From the IMG/VR virus record IMGVR_UViG_3300037458_001243: a stretch of 20,000 bases of DNA. The stretch is one strand, 5' to 3'. The position numbers and the translations under genes were made by a program. Positions 16,451 to 20,000 of this stretch are shown in pieces. The DNA is from an uncultured virus (IMG/VR IMGVR_UViG_3300037458_001243). Lineage: Duplodnaviria > Heunggongvirae > Uroviricota > Caudoviricetes. Position 1 is the stretch's first letter. Every line of letters starts with the position of its first letter. The notes beneath the pieces were generated by a model. That model had not been told where the DNA came from, did no database searches, and worked only from the letters and a program-made list of their open reading frames with translations.

Positions 16451-16649
16451 TTAAAACCTTCAAACACATTTTGCACTTACTCTCGTCATCTCTAGCACGG
16501 CGCAATAACGACAGCTCGCGCAGCTTGAACCGGCACAGTGAAACAGCCATGCCATTAGGTCGGTAGTCAAAAATATGAGCCACCGTACTATTTGGTGTCA
16601 TCGACCATTCTTGAGCGAGAAATGGATTCTCGCTACTGTTTTTCATCAT
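16440..16649 (-). CDS. Small hypothetical protein, possible zinc-binding (H...C...CxxC)
   Basis: AHIF...SLC...KCKMC. Overlaps both neighbours. Confidence 0.55.
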   Translation of the reverse strand: MMKNSSENPFLAQEWSMTPNSTVAHIFDYRPNGMAVSLCRFKLRELSLLRRARDDESKCKMCLKVLNAK

Positions 16650-16869
16650 CTTCGGCTAATCTAGCCAATGACAACTCTATTAGCGCCTTAACGATAAACC
16701 GTTTCGCACCATTTAAAGCCGGGAATATCTGTTCGATAACAGCATTGCGTTTAGCTTTCCCTTCCATTTCAGAGCTTGCCATGGTGGCAACTAGATTCTG
16801 AACTTCCCTAATTTGATATGCTTTAACAAACACCCGGAAAGCCAAAAAAATCCAATCATAACGATTCAT
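16633..16869 (-). CDS. 78-aa hypothetical protein
   Basis: GAGG upstream of the ATG, overlaps with neighbours, amphipathic helical sequence. Confidence 0.6.
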   Translation of the reverse strand: MNRYDWIFLAFRVFVKAYQIREVQNLVATMASSEMEGKAKRNAVIEQIFPALNGAKRFIVKALIELSLARLAEDDEKQ

Positions 16870-17089
16870 TGTTTACCTCGCGGTAGCGTATCTCACGCCG
16901 CAACCCCAAGTCGCGCATCACCCGCCGACTTAAAGGCTCTTTTCCCTCAATCATGGCCACCAATCTACTCTCCGGTATATGCAATCGTTCCGCCATCGCC
17001 GGCAGGGTTTCCTGACGAGCCTTCATAGCAAGCATGGCACCTGCATCTACCGCTGGAATAGGGTAATCAGTTAGATCGCCCACCGGCAT
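16856..17089 (-). CDS. Small helix-turn-helix (Cro/XRE-like) protein
   Basis: TLPAMAERLHIPESRLVAMIEGKEPLSRRVMRDLGL fits an XRE-type HTH pattern. Confidence 0.6.
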   Translation of the reverse strand: MPVGDLTDYPIPAVDAGAMLAMKARQETLPAMAERLHIPESRLVAMIEGKEPLSRRVMRDLGLRREIRYREVNNESL

Positions 17090-17101
17090 ACCACGCCTAT
17101 A

Positions 17102-17452
17102 TCATTTATCCCCAAATCCGTGCCCGTCGATTTTGGGGTCAAACTCGGTCGGCAGGGATTCGCGCAGCCGGTCAGGAGTACGATTAACAGGATCAGACGG
17201 CTTAGTAACTGTGGCATGATTCAAAATCTCGTTTACGATCTCTTTTCCATCTGGTGCCCGCCGCTTCTTGTCCCGCACCAGAATCAGGATCAGCGAGGCC
17301 ACCGCAATCCCGACTTCCTGCCACGCCTGCCATTCCAGAGCATCCGAAGAGCCAAATCCAAAATATCCGGTTAGCAGCCCGATAGCTGCCCACGTCCAGC
17401 GGTCGTCGAACCAATCCGCGACTTTTTCCAGGAACGCCTTAAACTTTTCCAT
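17102..17452 (-). CDS. Putative holin (two transmembrane segments, charged C-terminal tail)
   Basis: WTWAAIGLLTGYFGFG and VGIAVASLILILV followed by RDKKRR. Lies near the endolysin. Confidence 0.6.
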   Translation of the reverse strand: MEKFKAFLEKVADWFDDRWTWAAIGLLTGYFGFGSSDALEWQAWQEVGIAVASLILILVRDKKRRAPDGKEIVNEILNHATVTKPSDPVNRTPDRLRESLPTEFDPKIDGHGFGDK

Positions 17453-17600
17453 GACTGGTGTCGGTTAGTGTCTTGTACGCACCCCAAATCGGCAGTGCTA
17501 CCAGCAGGCCAATTACCGCTACTGACAGCACGATCCCAGCAGCAGGCGCGATCAGCAGCAGGATCAGGCAGATTATCAGAACTTTCAGGGATTCAGGCAT
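17439..17600 (-). CDS. 53-aa very hydrophobic membrane protein (not in ORF track)
   Basis: GGAG RBS 5-6 nt before ATG 17600. Translation MPESLKVLIICLILLLIAPAAGIVLSVAVIGLLVALPIWGAYKTLTDTSHGKV*. Fills the gap and overlaps both neighbours. Confidence 0.75.
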   Translation of the reverse strand: MPESLKVLIICLILLLIAPAAGIVLSVAVIGLLVALPIWGAYKTLTDTSHGKV

Positions 17601-17791
17601 TTTGTCTCCAGTTTCGCCAGTCTCCGGTATACTTCATCCATATCCTCGTGATAAGCGGCTTCCATCAATCGGAATTTGGCCTCTATCGATGGAGCCTTAC
17701 AAAACTCACAATTCCCTACATGCTTGTGTGGCTTAACGATGGTACGTAAAACACCCGTCAATTCCCGTATAGCCTCAACTAATGTTTTCAC
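17585..17791 (-). CDS. 68-aa hypothetical protein (CxxC, C-terminal coiled coil)
   Basis: GTG at 17791 overlaps the endolysin TGA (GTGA), which is preferred over the ORF-track start at 17866. HKHVGNCEFC motif. Confidence 0.6.
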   Translation of the reverse strand: MKTLVEAIRELTGVLRTIVKPHKHVGNCEFCKAPSIEAKFRLMEAAYHEDMDEVYRRLAKLETKCLNP

Positions 17792-18228
17792 TGCAATCCA
17801 ATCTTGTAAAACAAATGACTGCCTAACCGCTTTCCAATCCGTTTCTCTGCCCACGCCGGAGGCCATTTTCTTACCCCCTCTGGTCGCAAAATCGTGTGGT
17901 AATGGTCTGCACCTTCCGTCGGATCAGGAATTTCATCATCAAGCACAGCATAAGCTAATTGATACAGCTCCCCAAGCTGCTCTCTCGTTCTCGTCCTTAC
18001 CCGCGATGCTTGCTTATCCCACCAGCATGTAAACTGGTCACGATCCAAACATACCGCTTCTATCGTATCGTCTGGGATCCCATCCCGCTGGCGACTCCAC
18101 CAGCCCGGATTCTCAGCACGATTCCGAATCACCCAAGCTACTGCAATTTGCCCATCACGAGGTTCACCTCGACATTCACCCCATAGCGTCCTTGCCATGG
18201 CTAACACATCTTCAGGCCGGTACTTCAC
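17788..18228 (-). CDS. Cell wall hydrolase, SleB/Hydrolase_2 family (putative endolysin)
   Basis: MARTLWGECRGE (catalytic Glu), GQIAVAWVIRNR, QFTCW, DPTEGADHYH, PAWA and GSHLFY. Confidence 0.93.
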   Translation of the reverse strand: MKYRPEDVLAMARTLWGECRGEPRDGQIAVAWVIRNRAENPGWWSRQRDGIPDDTIEAVCLDRDQFTCWWDKQASRVRTRTREQLGELYQLAYAVLDDEIPDPTEGADHYHTILRPEGVRKWPPAWAEKRIGKRLGSHLFYKIGLQ

Positions 18229-18412
18229 TCAAACGCTCCAAAGTTTCAGCTTGCTTCAATTCGTAGGCCAGGCATAACCCAGGGAACTCTGGATGATCCT
18301 GCGTACAGTAATACACATCTGGATCATCACCTACGAAATTCGCACATTTACTACAGGCAAGTTGCGAAGGCTCTATTCGTTTAGCAATAAAGCCTTTCAC
18401 AGTTCCCCTCAC
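18212..18412 (-). CDS. 66-aa Cys-rich putative zinc-binding protein
   Basis: CSKC...YYC...H...LC. GTGA overlap with the upstream gene stop. Confidence 0.6.
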   Translation of the reverse strand: MRGTVKGFIAKRIEPSQLACSKCANFVGDDPDVYYCTQDHPEFPGLCLAYELKQAETLERLSEVPA

Positions 18413-18801
18413 CCACCTTCAGACGGTGAAGCCGACGGTGAAATCGATGGGCTTGCTGACCGGCTCGCTGACGGGCTAGTCGAAGGGCTCGCCGAAGGAC
18501 TAATTGAAGGACTTAAAGACGGACTCGCCGATGGACTCAACGATGGACTCCTGGATGGGCTTGCCGAAGGACTTGCAGATGGACTCAACGAAGCCGATGG
18601 CGAAGCTGATGGAGAAGCCGACGGAGAGATTGAAGCCGATGGCGAAGCTGATGGAGAAGCCGACGGGGAGATCGATGGCGAAGCTGATGGAGAAGCCGAT
18701 GGTGAAAATGATGGTGAAGCCGATGGCGAGGCCGACGGCGAAGTCGACGGAAACGCATAGGCTGGCAGGTCAAAGATACGAACTAAGCCGGATTCGCTCA
18801 T
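18409..18801 (-). CDS. 130-aa mucin-like protein: 17-aa unique leader plus almost pure (S-P-S-x)n
   Basis: ATGA overlap with the upstream gene and GTGA overlap with the downstream gene. MSESGLVRIFDLPAYAF followed by about 27 SPSA/SPSI/SPSL units, ending SEGG. Confidence 0.8.
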   Translation of the reverse strand: MSESGLVRIFDLPAYAFPSTSPSASPSASPSFSPSASPSASPSISPSASPSASPSASISPSASPSASPSASLSPSASPSASPSRSPSLSPSASPSLSPSISPSASPSTSPSASRSASPSISPSASPSEGG

Positions 18802-19436
18802 AAGTGGGACTCCACGACTCGTAGGGTAGCCGTACCACCTTCAAACGAGTTAATCTTCAGTCGAATCAATGGGTATGGTACAACAGCCCCAACGCCGGCA
18901 CTTACAGCCTTAGCTGTCAAGGTACCATCCGCTAAGGCTAAAATAGCGGTATCTGCTTCGCCGCCAGTTAAAGCCCGTACACCGTACTGCACCTCATAAG
19001 TAAACTTTGCCCCGGTAGACAACTCAACTGAAATTCCTTTCATCGAGTAATTCGTGTCTAGTGGTAACCAAGCGGTCTCCATACCGTGGTAATTCCCAAC
19101 CGTGACATTAGTCGATACCACCCCATCGACAGCAACTCTAGTCACCGTTTTAAAGTTGGCGCTAGTCTTTACTGTAGTCGCATTCGGGCCGGCAATATCT
19201 TCAGAAATCGAACGACCGAACCTGGAAGTACCGTATACAGTGAAAGTCAGCGCACTAAGGTCACCGGCACTATATAACGTAACCCGTTGCTGCTCACCAA
19301 ACGTAGCGACTCCGCCTGACGCCAAGGCGCCATTAATCACCAAGTCACCAACTTCGGCTACGGTCTGTGCTTGGCAAACCCCGTCAGCATCAGGAGCTGT
19401 CGGGGCTGCTATATAGCTGATAGGGGTTCTGTTCAT
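18798..19436 (-). CDS. Phage virion structural protein (decoration-like domain plus C-terminal beta-sandwich)
   Basis: 212 aa. DADGVCQAQT...FTVYGT...EDIAGPNATTVKTSANFKTVTRV domain. Ala/Gly/Thr/Val-rich. Confidence 0.7.
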   Translation of the reverse strand: MNRTPISYIAAPTAPDADGVCQAQTVAEVGDLVINGALASGGVATFGEQQRVTLYSAGDLSALTFTVYGTSRFGRSISEDIAGPNATTVKTSANFKTVTRVAVDGVVSTNVTVGNYHGMETAWLPLDTNYSMKGISVELSTGAKFTYEVQYGVRALTGGEADTAILALADGTLTAKAVSAGVGAVVPYPLIRLKINSFEGGTATLRVVESHL

Positions 19437-19442
19437 CGGTGT

Positions 19443-20000
19443 TTAACCGTCGTATTGAGTAATACCAACGAGGCCAGCTTCAGTACTGGGCGCAGTAACG
19501 TGGTAATAAGCAACGACCGCACCACCGTCACAAGCGGAGTTCAGATCGATGGTACCGCGCACGTCGCCGGTAGTGGCAGTAGCAGGGGAAGTGGCATCGG
19601 CCTTCACTACGGTCGGATGAGTAGCTTCGCGAACGCCGGCCAGCGACGCTTGGATGAAATCACCTGTGCCGGTCAGCACGTAGGGCAGGCCCAACACGTC
19701 GCCGGTACCGACCTTAACCGTATCAGTGGTGATGTTGCCGGCTGAGTAGATAGCTATAGACTCAACATACTTAAACGCCTTCTTACCAGCGCCCGTACTA
19801 TCTCCTAGCCCGATGGTGACCTGCTCGACCATCTTAGCCATGTAGATGTCGTAGCCGGTAATCGTAAATACCGTAGCGGCGGCGGCAGTAGAGGTAGCGA
19901 AAATCAGATTGCGAGCCGCGTCCAGAGTCCAAACGGAGGCAGTAGCGCCAGTGTTAGTAGTGATGGTGGCAGCGGCGGTGATACTGGCGTTATTACAAGG
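19443..20000 (-). CDS. Putative capsid decoration/minor head protein (partial, starts beyond the right edge)
   Basis: The frame stays open from 19841 to 20000 (PCNNASITAAATITTNTGATASVWTLDAARNLIFATSTAAAATVFTITGYDIY-MAKMVEQ), so the ORF-track start is internal. GKKAFKYV, GTGDVLGLP and TATTGDVRGT motifs are typical of proteins encoded after major capsid genes. Confidence 0.7.
   Translation of the reverse strand, partial: PCNNASITAAATITTNTGATASVWTLDAARNLIFATSTAAAATVFTITGYDIYMAKMVEQVTIGLGDSTGAGKKAFKYVESIAIYSAGNITTDTVKVGTGDVLGLPYVLTGTGDFIQASLAGVREATHPTVVKADATSPATATTGDVRGTIDLNSACDGGAVVAYYHVTAPSTEAGLVGITQYDG

Noticed and set aside
18293..18803. Plus-strand ORFs 18293-18760 and 18504-18803, and the Arg/His-rich minus ORF 18585-18773
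   Set aside because: Alternative-frame readings of the 130-aa SPSx gene, which alone has coupled start and stop overlaps. The same applies to 13735-14067.
1..20000. Alternative genetic code, tRNA/rRNA genes, integrase or transposase
   Set aside because: The standard code gives near-complete coding density, the only broken gene is a frameshift rather than an in-frame stop, and no RNA gene or recombinase motif was seen.

Overview
This window is part of a tailed bacteriophage (or prophage) late/virion region. About 28 genes are tightly packed on the minus strand, many joined by ATGA or TAATG overlaps. In transcription order (right to left) they are: putative head-decoration/virion proteins; a 130-aa Ser/Pro repeat protein; a lysis region with a SleB/Hydrolase_2 endolysin and several small membrane proteins; a beta-helix-like virion protein split by a -1 frameshift; a 1454-aa protein that is mostly (S-P-S-x)n; a fiber-tail-adaptor-like protein; four GT-A glycosyltransferases plus a SAM methyltransferase; further virion proteins; and a LamG-domain protein running off the left edge. 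The main candidate system is phage-encoded mucin-type O-glycosylation of virion proteins. Three of the glycosyltransferases carry DxH and distal-His motifs resembling eukaryotic polypeptide GalNAc-transferases (ppGalNAc-Ts), and they lie just downstream of three separate proteins with SPSx repeats that would make suitable acceptors. This link is inferred from motifs and gene context and has not been demonstrated. All family assignments come from motif recognition by eye, not database searches.
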